Assembly: GCA_039591655.1 (NCBI GenBank)
Contig: JBDHDE010000020.1
Coordinates: 1-47,769, forward strand
DNA: 47,769 nucleotides
DNA from: Gemmatimonadota bacterium
GTDB lineage: Bacteria > Gemmatimonadota > Gemmatimonadetes > Gemmatimonadales > GWC2-71-9
Direction of reading: 5' to 3'
In this document: positions 29,217 through 38,366 of the stretch, in pieces
Layout of the letters: each line of letters opens with the position of its first letter
How positions within the stretch are numbered: the stretch's first letter is position 1
Position numbers and translations under genes: made by a program
Notes under the pieces: generated by a model
What the model was told of the DNA's origin: nothing
The model's input: only the letters and a program-made list of their open reading frames with translations
Databases searched by the model: none

Positions 29217-29857
29217 GCCGGCGCGCGGTAGACCGCGACCTGCCACACCATCGTGCTACGCTCGTGGCACCGCTCGAGCCCGGCGGTGCTCAGCAGCTCA
29301 TGCATCCGTCTCGTCGAATGCACGAATGTGCGGAACGGGTTTCCGGTAAGCCGCCGGAACGCGTTCTGGATGGCAACGACGACCTTCACGTGCCACCGGC
29401 CCCGCGGATAGCTCAGCCCCAGCATGTGCTCGGTCTTGGCGGCGGCCGCCTCGAGGAGGTGCTCGAAGTCGGGGTAGCAGCAGACGACGCGGTCGAGAGT
29501 CACGACATCCGCCGAGTGGAGCTTCGCAGCCAACTCCACGAAGTCCCCGTGCGCAACGCTGAGCCGCCCAGGGTGCTGCCGTTGGCTCGCTTCATCCTCC
29601 GCCGCCCTGATGTAGGCTGAAGCTGCCTCCACGAGGGTTGCGCTCTCGATTCCCTCGGACATGAGCTCATGCACTATGACACCGATCCCGCCACCCACGT
29701 CCAGCAGGGAAGCACCCTTGAGGTGAGGCCCCCGCACGGCCTCCAGGATCTCCTGCGTGGTGCTGTCCGGTCCCTTGCGGCGGTAGCGGCGAATGTCGCG
29801 CCGTGCCGCAGCGTCGTTGAACTGGTGCTCGGTGGCCTCGCAGTGGCAGCAGGTCAT
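29213..29857 (-). CDS. Class I SAM-dependent methyltransferase
   Basis: LLDVGGGIG, GDFV, LDRVVCCYPD; N-terminal TCCHC. Confidence 0.85.
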   Translation of the reverse strand: MTCCHCEATEHQFNDAAARRDIRRYRRKGPDSTTQEILEAVRGPHLKGASLLDVGGGIGVIVHELMSEGIESATLVEAASAYIRAAEDEASQRQHPGRLSVAHGDFVELAAKLHSADVVTLDRVVCCYPDFEHLLEAAAAKTEHMLGLSYPRGRWHVKVVVAIQNAFRRLTGNPFRTFVHSTRRMHELLSTAGLERCHERSTMVWQVAVYRAPA

Positions 29858-30029
29858 CCATCAACGTGCGCCACAGTCGGGCGCCTGGCAACTTCCGCTC
29901 CAGGAGCTGGTAGCCAGCCTTGCTGGTCCAATGGCTTCTACCGTAGACTTGCTCCAACGCCCTTGAGGGGCGTACCGTAGTGCTCCGCGGGCCTGTCTTT
30001 CCTCCCATCTCCCATCAGGAGCAGCCCCA

Positions 30030-30836
30030 GTGCCCGACTCCACCGCTTCAGTCGCAGACACGCAAGCCTCCCTGGAAGCCGTCATCAAGGGGGAGGTTCT
30101 CCGGATGTACCAGGAGGTCGCGGACAGCCCGGAGGCCGAGTTCCATTTCTATCACGGTCGCGAGGCCGCCGAGGCGTTCGGCTACGATTCGGAGTGGCTG
30201 GACCGGGCTCCGGCGGGGGCGGTGAAGTCCTTTGCAGGTGTCGGGAATCCGCACGCTCGCAGCAATCTCCAGCCAGGTGAGGTGGTGCTGGACCTGGGGA
30301 GCGGCGCCGGGCTGGACGGCATCATCGCGTCGTGGCAGGTCGGGGCGTCTGGGAAGGTGATTGGGGTCGATCTAAACCCGGCCATGTGTCTCAAGGCCCA
30401 GGCACACGCTGCGGCGACCGGCACGACTATGGAGTGCCACGAGGGGCGGATGGAGGAGATCCCGCTCCCCGAAGCCAGCGTGGATGTCATCATCTCCAAC
30501 GGGGTGATCAACCTCTCGTTCCGCAAGCGTCGCGTGATCAAGGAGATGTTCCGTGTCCTCAAGCCGGGTGGGCGCATCTCGATCACGGATATCGTGAGCG
30601 CGAAGCAGCTTTCCCAGTCGATCGTGAATGATCCCAAGCTCTGGGCCAGCTGAATCGGGGGCGCTCTCCCGGAGGGAGAAATGTTCGGGTTGCTCGAGGA
30701 TGCGGGGTTCAAGCGTGTACGGTCGGCCGTCGTGCCCGGCTTCCGGTTCCGCAAGGACTCGACCCGGGACGCCGCCGAGGCCTACGGCGTCAAGGCGGTC
30801 CTCGTAACGGCCCGCAAGCCAGACGCAGCTTCATAG
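30030..30836 (+). CDS. ArsM-like SAM methyltransferase, predicted selenoprotein (Sec208, UGA 30651-30653), 268 aa
   Basis: VLDLGSGAGLD, ISNGVINL, RVLKPGG; LWAS-TGA-IGGAL aligns to the ArsM W..CI.GAL motif; frame continues 60 codons (LEDAGF..TARKP) to TAG 30836. Confidence 0.88.
30665..30679 (+). promoter_or_regulatory. Candidate SECIS hairpin
   Basis: TCTCCC-GGA-GGGAGA, beginning 11 nt after the UGA; G-first loop. Confidence 0.7.
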
Positions 30837-30893
30837 CCAGCGGCCCGCACGGGTAGGAGCAACGCAGGGGGTACGGTGGACGCCCCCCCCTGG

Positions 30894-31652
30894 CTACATC
30901 ACACCGTCCTCTACGGCCGCCCGGTGCCACCTGGCGGCCAGCTCTTTGCCCTTCACGCCCGCAGTTTCGCCCGACGCGTAGATCACCTCGTAGAGCTGGT
31001 ACTGATCCCGTGCGCCGGTCTCGGGCTGCTCCGGGTTCTCAAAGCGCGCGCCGTACGTCTCGACTCGGCTCTTGATGACCAGCAGCTGGCGCCGGGCCAT
31101 GATGGTATCGATGACTTGGAAGGCCCACAACACCGGCCGAGCGAGGACGCCCGCCGCGTCCGCGGACATGCGTGTGAGCAGACGCGCGCCGTCGCCCTCA
31201 GGGGTCAGTCGGATGTCCACCGCGAGGCGGGCCCAGGCTCCGAGGAAGCGACTCCCCGTCGTCCACCAGGTGAGCTCCCTTCCGGGCGCGATGTGACGCA
31301 GGTATCCGATGGCGGTGGCGTCACCCCTGCGCGGCGCGGGGATCCAGGAGACGATGTGCCGCGCCGAGGTCTTACCGCCATTGTCCAGCCGATCGATGCT
31401 GTAGAATCCCGCGCCGCGACCAACCTGAGCGAGCCAAACCCACACGGTCACGGGTGTCGCCCGGATGGAGATCGCGCGGGTCATGGCCACTCGTGCGGGG
31501 GGACCACCCTCCAAATAGGCATCCCCGGGCATCTCTGCCGCCCGTTCCTCCGGCGTGGATCCCCATCGCGTTCCCCAGCGGATGAAGGCTGCGAGGAGTA
31601 ACCACAGGACGAGGATCGCGCCTAGAATGCCGGCCAGTGTGTAGCTGAGCAT
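30894..31652 (-). CDS. SRPBCC-like conserved protein
   Basis: WGSTPEE..MPGD, TRAISI.A.P..VWVWLAQVG.GAGFYS.D.LDN. Confidence 0.7.
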   Translation of the reverse strand: MLSYTLAGILGAILVLWLLLAAFIRWGTRWGSTPEERAAEMPGDAYLEGGPPARVAMTRAISIRATPVTVWVWLAQVGRGAGFYSIDRLDNGGKTSARHIVSWIPAPRRGDATAIGYLRHIAPGRELTWWTTGSRFLGAWARLAVDIRLTPEGDGARLLTRMSADAAGVLARPVLWAFQVIDTIMARRQLLVIKSRVETYGARFENPEQPETGARDQYQLYEVIYASGETAGVKGKELAARWHRAAVEDGVM

Positions 31653-31679
31653 GACCCCTAACCCGTCGCCCTCCGACGA

Positions 31680-32063
31680 TCAGACGATCACGAGCCGCCA
31701 CACAAGGAGTGCGCCGAGCACCGTCAGGAAGACCCCGGCTACCCGCAAGTACGTCCGCATCATGGCGTCCGACCAGATGGCGAACTTGCCGAGGAGTTGG
31801 GGGAACAGCAGGTACACCGCGCCCTTGATTGCCATGATCCACCCCATGAGGGTGATAGCTACCGGCCAATCGAGCACCCAGACGTTGTGGGATGCAATGA
31901 TGGCCACTCCCAAGAGGAACATGAACAGCCACCAGACGGCGTACTGGTGCGGGCTGGCAATCATGTCCCCCACGAGCCGAGTCCACATCCCCGGCTGGAG
32001 CAGGTAGGAGAGCCCCAGGATCAGGATCATCAGCGGGACGATTGTGAGGATGATCTGGGTCAT
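31680..32063 (-). CDS. Four-TM membrane protein
   Basis: ATG 32063; HNVW..DWPV.ITL.GW...KG..YL.FP pattern. Confidence 0.72.
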   Translation of the reverse strand: MTQIILTIVPLMILILGLSYLLQPGMWTRLVGDMIASPHQYAVWWLFMFLLGVAIIASHNVWVLDWPVAITLMGWIMAIKGAVYLLFPQLLGKFAIWSDAMMRTYLRVAGVFLTVLGALLVWRLVIV

Positions 32064-32197
32064 GTGGTGCCTCTCAGAGCGAAGTTGCGTTCTGGAGCAG
32101 AAAGATGGAGCGGCTACCGGCCTCTGGCCAGTGGTGCTGGTTTGGGGCTGCGCGGCCGACGGCAGTAGACTTCGTGAAACAACGAGGAGTCCGTGAG

Positions 32198-32518
32198 ATG
32201 ATCGCTCGCACATGGCACGGACGCGTGCCCGCCGCGAAGGCAGACGACTACCACGCCTATCTACTCGGGACGGGCGTGACCGCGTGTGAGGCTACGCCTG
32301 GGAACCGCGGTGTGTACCTGCTGCGCCGTGTTGAGGGTGATGTGGCCCACTTCCTGTTCCTGAGCCTTTGGGAGTCGGTGGACGCGATCAAGCGGTTCGC
32401 CGGGGACGACTACGAGGTGGCGGTCTTCTATCCGGAGGACGACGAGTACCTGCTCGAGCGGGAGCCAGTGTACCACTATGAGGTGGTGCACGCTCCCGAG
32501 GGCAGCGGCGCAGGTTGA
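32198..32518 (+). CDS. ABM (antibiotic biosynthesis monooxygenase)-like dimeric barrel protein
   Basis: MIARTWHG, TPGNRG, LWES.DAI..FAG, AVFYPED; GAGGAG RBS. Confidence 0.8.
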   Translation: MIARTWHGRVPAAKADDYHAYLLGTGVTACEATPGNRGVYLLRRVEGDVAHFLFLSLWESVDAIKRFAGDDYEVAVFYPEDDEYLLEREPVYHYEVVHAPEGSGAG

Positions 32519-32526
32519 CGTGAGCC

Positions 32527-33558
32527 ATGAACACCGCAGCGCCGCGCACCGAAGCTGAGCTCGAGGAGCGCCTGTCACGACCGGTCGAAGCCGACATCGA
32601 GGCGATGGCCCGGCTCGATGGCGACCTCGTCGTGCTCGGTGCAGGCGGGAAGATGGGGCCCAGCCTCGCCCGGCTCGCCCGGCGGGCGTCCGATGAGGCG
32701 GGTGTCGAGCGCCGAGTCATTTCAGTGTCGCGTTTCCTCACCCCCGGTGTGGCGGACGTTCTAGCAGCCGACGGTATCGAGGTCCTGTCCTTGGACCTCC
32801 TCGATCCGGAGGCACTTAACGAGCTCCCGGATGTGCCCAATGTGGTCTTCATGGTGGGCCAGAAATTCGGCACGGCCCAGGACCCCGCGACGACATGGGC
32901 GTTGAATGCGTGCCTCCCCGCATTGGTTGCGAACCGCTTCCCGGCATCGCGACTGGTGGTGTTCTCTACCGGTAACGTGTACCCGCTGGTGTCCGTGACG
33001 GGCGAGGGGTCTGTCGAGGCCGACACACTGGCGCCGGTTGGCGAATACGCCCGGTCCGCCGCGGCGCGGGAGCGGATCGTCACGGTCTTCTCGGAGCAGC
33101 AGCGGACTCCGATGGCGATCCTCAGGCTCAACTACGCCGTGGAGTTGCGCTACGGTGTGCTACGGGACCTCGCCGACCGCCTCTGGCGACGGGAGCCCAT
33201 CGACCTCACCATGGGCTACGTGAACGTGATCTGGCAGCGGGACGCCGTCGCCATCGCCCTGCGCTCCTTGGCCCTCTGCTCTGTGCCGCCACTGGTCCTC
33301 AACGTTACGGGTGCGGAGAAGCTGAGCGTACGTGAGGTTGCCATGAGCTTGGGAGAGAGCCTTGGTGTCGAGCCGGTGTTCGAGGGTCAGGAGGCCGACA
33401 CGGCGCTCCTCAGTGACGCCTCCCGCTGCTGGGAACTGTTCGGACCGCCAACGCTGGACGTGGAAGCGCTACTCGACTGGGTTGCCGAGTGGGCGCGGGC
33501 CGGGGGCCCCTCTCTGGGCAAGCCGACGCACTTCGAGGAGCGCGGGGGCGAGTTCTGA
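32527..33558 (+). CDS. NAD-dependent epimerase/dehydratase
   Basis: VLGAGGKMG, FSTGNVY, GEYARS, RLNYA. Confidence 0.85.
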   Translation: MNTAAPRTEAELEERLSRPVEADIEAMARLDGDLVVLGAGGKMGPSLARLARRASDEAGVERRVISVSRFLTPGVADVLAADGIEVLSLDLLDPEALNELPDVPNVVFMVGQKFGTAQDPATTWALNACLPALVANRFPASRLVVFSTGNVYPLVSVTGEGSVEADTLAPVGEYARSAAARERIVTVFSEQQRTPMAILRLNYAVELRYGVLRDLADRLWRREPIDLTMGYVNVIWQRDAVAIALRSLALCSVPPLVLNVTGAEKLSVREVAMSLGESLGVEPVFEGQEADTALLSDASRCWELFGPPTLDVEALLDWVAEWARAGGPSLGKPTHFEERGGEF

Positions 33559-34607
33559 TGACACAGGAGGTGCGCGCGCGGCTGCGCCAGGGCCTGGTCA
33601 TCCCGGCCCATCCCCTGGCGCTCACTGAGGAGCGGAGCTTGGACGAGCGGCGCCAGCGCGCGCTTACCCGCTACTACCTGGAGGCCGGTGCCGGCGGGAT
33701 CGCGGTGGGCGTGCACACGACCCAGTTCGCGATACGGGACCCAGCGGTGAGCCTGTACGAGCCGGTGCTCACCCTCGCTGCGGATGCCATGGACGATCAC
33801 GATCGGCTGCGCGCCGGACCTGTGGTCCGCATCGCCGGCATCATCGGTGACACCAGACAGGCGACGTCAGAGGCGGAGATCGCACATCGCCTGCTGTACC
33901 ATGTTGGGTTGGTCTCGCTCGCCGGGGTGGAGCGGGAGTCAGTCGACGGATTGATCGACCACGTTAGAGCCGTTGCCGAGATCATCCCGGTGATGGGGTT
34001 CTATCTGCAGCCGGCCGTAGGCGGTCGCGATCTCCCCATCACGTTTTGGCGACGTCTTGCGGAGCTTGACCGCCTGCTGGCCATCAAGATCGCCCCCTTC
34101 GATCGAGACGAGACGCGGAACGTGGTCTGTGCTGTGGCGGAATCGGGGCGGGCGGACGAGATCGCGCTGTATACCGGCAACGACGACCACATCCTCCTCG
34201 ACCTGCTCACGCCCTTCCACTTCGGCGCCGGTCCGGTCGTTCATATAGTGGGAGGATTGCTGGGTCAGTGGGCCATTTGGACCCGCCGGGCTGTGGAGCT
34301 GCACGCCGAGTGTCGGCGTGTCGCCGCGAGCGGAGAGCCTGCTCCGCCTGAGCTACTGGTTACCGCGGCGCAACTCACCGATGCTAGCGGCGCGATCTTC
34401 GACGCCGCGCACGGCTATGCCGGCTGTCTGCCTGGCATCCACGAGATCCTGCGCCGTCAGGGATTGCTGGCCGGCACGTGGTGCCTTCGGAAGGACGAGG
34501 TCCTGTCTCCGGGCCAGACCGAGGAGATCGACAGGGTGCTGGCCGCGTACCCCGATCTCACCGACGACGAGTTCGTCGCCGAGCATCGGGATCGTTGGCT
34601 GGCGTGA
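33558..34607 (+). CDS. Dihydrodipicolinate synthase-like aldolase/lyase
   Basis: VIPAHPLAL, GVHTTQF, FYLQP, AIKIAPF, YTGNDD; TGATG coupling to the epimerase. Confidence 0.82.
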   Translation: MTQEVRARLRQGLVIPAHPLALTEERSLDERRQRALTRYYLEAGAGGIAVGVHTTQFAIRDPAVSLYEPVLTLAADAMDDHDRLRAGPVVRIAGIIGDTRQATSEAEIAHRLLYHVGLVSLAGVERESVDGLIDHVRAVAEIIPVMGFYLQPAVGGRDLPITFWRRLAELDRLLAIKIAPFDRDETRNVVCAVAESGRADEIALYTGNDDHILLDLLTPFHFGAGPVVHIVGGLLGQWAIWTRRAVELHAECRRVAASGEPAPPELLVTAAQLTDASGAIFDAAHGYAGCLPGIHEILRRQGLLAGTWCLRKDEVLSPGQTEEIDRVLAAYPDLTDDEFVAEHRDRWLA

Positions 34608-34616
34608 GGAATCGGC

Positions 34617-34892
34617 CTAGCCGCTCCAGAACCGCTTCGCCCGACGGGCCCTGATCCAGCGGTAGATGCGGCGTGCGCCCAGCAGCGGGATTGCGGCTCC
34701 CACGGCGCCCCAGAGCGGGCTCCACTCCCCCGTGGTGTATGTGTAGCCCATGAAGGACTCGAGCTTGAGGCCGATCACGTATCCGCAGATCACGACGAGG
34801 AAGAAGACGATCACGGTGGCTTTCAACATGTCGCCGCGGCGGTGCACGTCCATGTGTCGCCTGAGTCTGACCGACCAGTCTTCACGAGCCAT
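34617..34892 (-). CDS. Small two-TM membrane protein
   Basis: Two hydrophobic segments, basic C-terminus. Confidence 0.55.
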   Translation of the reverse strand: MAREDWSVRLRRHMDVHRRGDMLKATVIVFFLVVICGYVIGLKLESFMGYTYTTGEWSPLWGAVGAAIPLLGARRIYRWIRARRAKRFWSG

Positions 34893-35022
34893 TGGGGGCG
34901 CACCTGACTCCGTACGGGGCTGGGCTTAAGATGTTGCACGGGATTGGTGGAGGCCAGCCAGGGACGATGGCACTAGGAGGAGTCGAACCGTTGATGGCGG
35001 ATGCCGTGAGGAGCTCGCGCAA

Positions 35023-36339
35023 GTGACCGAACGGGATCATAGGTCATCGGGCCGCCTGACTCGTCAGGTGGGACTCCCGGGAGCGGTGCTGCTCGGGCTG
35101 GGCTCCATCGTAGGGACCGGGATCTTCGTGAGCGTCGGGCTCGCTGCGGGGGTCGCCGGGTCGACGGTCGTCGTGGCGGTGGTGCTCGCAGCATTGGTGG
35201 CCGCCGCCAGCGCGCTCTCCACCGCGCAGCTGGCAGCGACTCATCCCGTAAGCGGTGGGACTTACGAGTACGGTTATCGCTACTTGAGCGCGACGTTCGG
35301 GGTGGTGGCCGGTTGGGCATTCCTGGTTGCCAAGACCGCGTCTGCCGCCACCGCGGCGCTTGGCTTTGCGGGGTACCTCCTCGATCTGCTCGGCCTCGTC
35401 GATGTTGGCCTACACGTTCCGTTGGCGCTGGCCGCTGTGGCGTGCTTCACCGCTCTCGTTGCTGCGGGCATCCGACGCACCAACGTGGCCAACGGCGTGA
35501 TCGTCACGGTTGCCATCGGGGCGCTGCTGCTTTTCGTAGTGGTCGGGGCGCCCTCGGCTGTGGCAGGAGTGGGAGCGCACCTCTCACTACTCCCCACAGG
35601 CCGCAGCGGTGTTTCAGCCCTGCTGCACGCCACAGCCCTCATGTTCGTCGCCTATACGGGATACGGCCGCATCGCCACGCTGGGCGAGGAGGTCCGCCGG
35701 CCGGCACGCACCATTCCCTGGGCGATCATTCTCACTTTGGCCGCCTCGCTGGCGCTCTACCTGGCCGTGTCACTGGTAGCGGTGGGAAGTGTCGGCGCCG
35801 ACTTGCTTGCCGACTACACCCGGACGAGCGGCGCCCCGCTGGAGGACGCGGCCCGCACGTTCGGTGTTGCCGGCTTGCCGCTGGTGGTGACTGTGGGTGC
35901 GCTGGTCGCCATGCTGGGCGTGCTGCTGAACCTGGTCCTCGGCCTCTCGCGGGTGGTGCTGGCGATGGCACGACGGCGGGATCTCCCCGGCGGTCTCGCC
36001 GAGGTGCGCAGCGAGCAGCGCGGTCCCACGCGGGCCGTGCTGCTGACCGGCGTCGCCGTCGCAGCTCTGGTGCTGACCGGCGACATCGGGCTCACGTGGA
36101 GCGTCTCGGCGTTTACCGTCCTGGTCTACTACGCCATCACGAATCTCGCGGTGCTCAGGCTGCCGGCGGAGGCGCGGCGCTACCCCCGCTGGATCGCCGC
36201 AGCCGGGCTGGCCGGCTGCCTGGGGGTGGGTGTCTGGGTGGAGACGCGCGTGTGGGTGGGAGGGCTCGCCGTAATTCTGCTCGCAGTCACAGTGCACGCC
36301 GCGCGGAGCCGTCTTGGTGGCCGCGCGGCCGGGGGCTGA
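35023..36339 (+). CDS. APC family amino acid permease
   Basis: GSIVGTGIF, PVSGGTYEY, FVAYTGY..LGEEV..P; about 12 TM. Confidence 0.9.
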   Translation: MTERDHRSSGRLTRQVGLPGAVLLGLGSIVGTGIFVSVGLAAGVAGSTVVVAVVLAALVAAASALSTAQLAATHPVSGGTYEYGYRYLSATFGVVAGWAFLVAKTASAATAALGFAGYLLDLLGLVDVGLHVPLALAAVACFTALVAAGIRRTNVANGVIVTVAIGALLLFVVVGAPSAVAGVGAHLSLLPTGRSGVSALLHATALMFVAYTGYGRIATLGEEVRRPARTIPWAIILTLAASLALYLAVSLVAVGSVGADLLADYTRTSGAPLEDAARTFGVAGLPLVVTVGALVAMLGVLLNLVLGLSRVVLAMARRRDLPGGLAEVRSEQRGPTRAVLLTGVAVAALVLTGDIGLTWSVSAFTVLVYYAITNLAVLRLPAEARRYPRWIAAAGLAGCLGVGVWVETRVWVGGLAVILLAVTVHAARSRLGGRAAGG

Positions 36340-36396
36340 TGGAGAAGCTGGTTCACTGGCCCGCCTCTTGGGGCGGTGACTCGTGGGCAGCGCCCC

Positions 36397-38298
36397 TCAG
36401 CGCGCTACCCACTCGTTGTCGCTCTTGTCCCCATCCGGGATGTGATCGGCGCCCAGCGCGACCTCTCGGATCTCACTGTCGGTAGGCACTTCTAGCGTGA
36501 AGACGCGGTCGCCATCCTGCCATACCGACACCGGTGCGTGCGCCGTCTCGATGCTGCCGTCCGCGTAGGTAATCGTGACGTGCACCGGCACGGGTGAGCG
36601 GCCGACCCGCTCAATTTCGATACGGTATCCATTCCCCTGCCGCGATACACCGCGCAGACCTAGGTCCGGGTACCCGAACTCGAAGAACCACGGCCGGTAC
36701 AACCAGCTCAGATCCTGTCCCGTGACGTCGTTGAACGTGAAAAAGAAATCCCACGGAGTGGGATGCTTGCCGTTCCAGCGACCCATGTACTCATGCAGCG
36801 CCTCGAAGAACATCTCTTTCCCGAGGAGATCCTGGAGCATTAGGTAGAAGAAAGCCGGTTTGGGATACGAGCTGTAGAAATACGCCGGCCGCTTGCTGTA
36901 GTCGGAAGCGGCGAAAATGGGGATGTCCACGTGCGTACCGACTATGGGCTGGTACCGGTCCATCCCGAAGATGTTGGACCACTCCTCCGGGTGCAGCTTG
37001 TTGGTGATGTAGTGGTCGCCGAAGGTGGCCCACCCCTCGTCCATCCAGGCGTACTTGGTCTCGTTGATCCCCATGTAGAAGGGGAAGTACGAGTGGAAGA
37101 TCTCGTGTGAGGTGAGCCAGACCACGAACCGCCGCCCTTCCTTGATGGAGTGATCGTTCACCATCATGGGGTATTCCATCTCGTCCAGTCCGTTGAATAC
37201 AGTCATGTTGGGGAACGGGAAGGGTACACCGGGAACCTGCTGTGACATGATCTCGATGGCGTCCCGGGCGATCTGCGCCACCTCGTAGAAATCGGCCGAG
37301 GTATCGGCGTAGGCCGCCTCCACCAGGACTCGCCGGCCTGCGGCCGAGTCCACGACGATGCTCGTCGCATCCCACAGGTAGTGGTCGCTCACGGCAAATG
37401 CGACGTCGCTCACGTACTCCGCCCGGAACTTCCACATGTTGCGATCGGCTGCGGCGGTGATGTCCTGCCGCAAGTACTTGGTGGAGTCCACGATCTGGAC
37501 AATGGTGTCGGCGGTGAGCGCCTCCGCGTAGCGTCGCGCGTAGCGCTCGGTCAGGATTTCCTCGGGGTTCTGCAGCAGCCCCGTCGCCCACACAAGCGTA
37601 CCCTGGGGTACGGCGACAGTGAGGTCGAAGTCGCCGAAGTCGTTGTAGAATTCGAGGTTTCCGGAGTAGGGGATGACGTCCCAGCCGTCCACGTCGTCGT
37701 ACACCGCGACGCGAGGAAAGAAATAGGCGACGAAGTATGACGCGGTAGCGACGCGTCCCGTGCGCATGTGGGACCCATGGTTCACCGTGTAGTGCCAGGT
37801 GACGTCGAGGACCGCCGTCCGGCCGGGGGTGAGCACATGAGGAACGGCGGCGAGCATGCCGTTCTGCATGTACTGTACGCCGCCGGCTCCGGGTGATGGG
37901 TCGAGCTCCGCGCCGTCGATGGAGATCTGGTCGAGAATAGCCCCCTCACCGAGATTCACCGCGGAGTGGGGCCAGTCCCGGGCGGTGCCGATGCGGTAGT
38001 AGTTGGCATGGATGTCGAGGATCAGGGCCCGCAGGGTGTCGGGGCTGTTGTTGACGTAGGTGATCGTCTCGCGGCCCCGCAGTAGACCCGTGACCGGGTC
38101 GAAGTCGACGCGAATGTCGTAGTCGGCCCGGTTCTGCCAGTAGGCCGGGCCGGGTGTGCCGTCCCACGAGCGGGTGCCCGCTTCATAGGCCTGCTGCACG
38201 TTGCGGGGGATGTGGAGGTCGGGCGTCTGGGCCCGCGCGGAAGCTGCTGCTGCCAGCACGCCAAGCAGCATCGCAATCGGGGTATTCTTGATCATCAT
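36397..38298 (-). CDS. M1 family aminopeptidase, secreted
   Basis: MEYP, HEIFH-x18-E (WMDEG); signal peptide ARAQ. Confidence 0.88.
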   Translation of the reverse strand: MMIKNTPIAMLLGVLAAAASARAQTPDLHIPRNVQQAYEAGTRSWDGTPGPAYWQNRADYDIRVDFDPVTGLLRGRETITYVNNSPDTLRALILDIHANYYRIGTARDWPHSAVNLGEGAILDQISIDGAELDPSPGAGGVQYMQNGMLAAVPHVLTPGRTAVLDVTWHYTVNHGSHMRTGRVATASYFVAYFFPRVAVYDDVDGWDVIPYSGNLEFYNDFGDFDLTVAVPQGTLVWATGLLQNPEEILTERYARRYAEALTADTIVQIVDSTKYLRQDITAAADRNMWKFRAEYVSDVAFAVSDHYLWDATSIVVDSAAGRRVLVEAAYADTSADFYEVAQIARDAIEIMSQQVPGVPFPFPNMTVFNGLDEMEYPMMVNDHSIKEGRRFVVWLTSHEIFHSYFPFYMGINETKYAWMDEGWATFGDHYITNKLHPEEWSNIFGMDRYQPIVGTHVDIPIFAASDYSKRPAYFYSSYPKPAFFYLMLQDLLGKEMFFEALHEYMGRWNGKHPTPWDFFFTFNDVTGQDLSWLYRPWFFEFGYPDLGLRGVSRQGNGYRIEIERVGRSPVPVHVTITYADGSIETAHAPVSVWQDGDRVFTLEVPTDSEIREVALGADHIPDGDKSDNEWVAR

Positions 38299-38366
38299 CA
38301 CGCCTCGTCGCACGTCGTGGTGGATGCCGGTCGTATCGGGAAGGTGCTCGACGTCAGCCATCCGTG

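Noticed and set aside
30651..30653. Genome-wide UGA reassignment to Trp or Gly
   Set aside because: Many intact genes here end in TGA and Trp is encoded by TGG; both internal UGAs fall at Cys-motif positions
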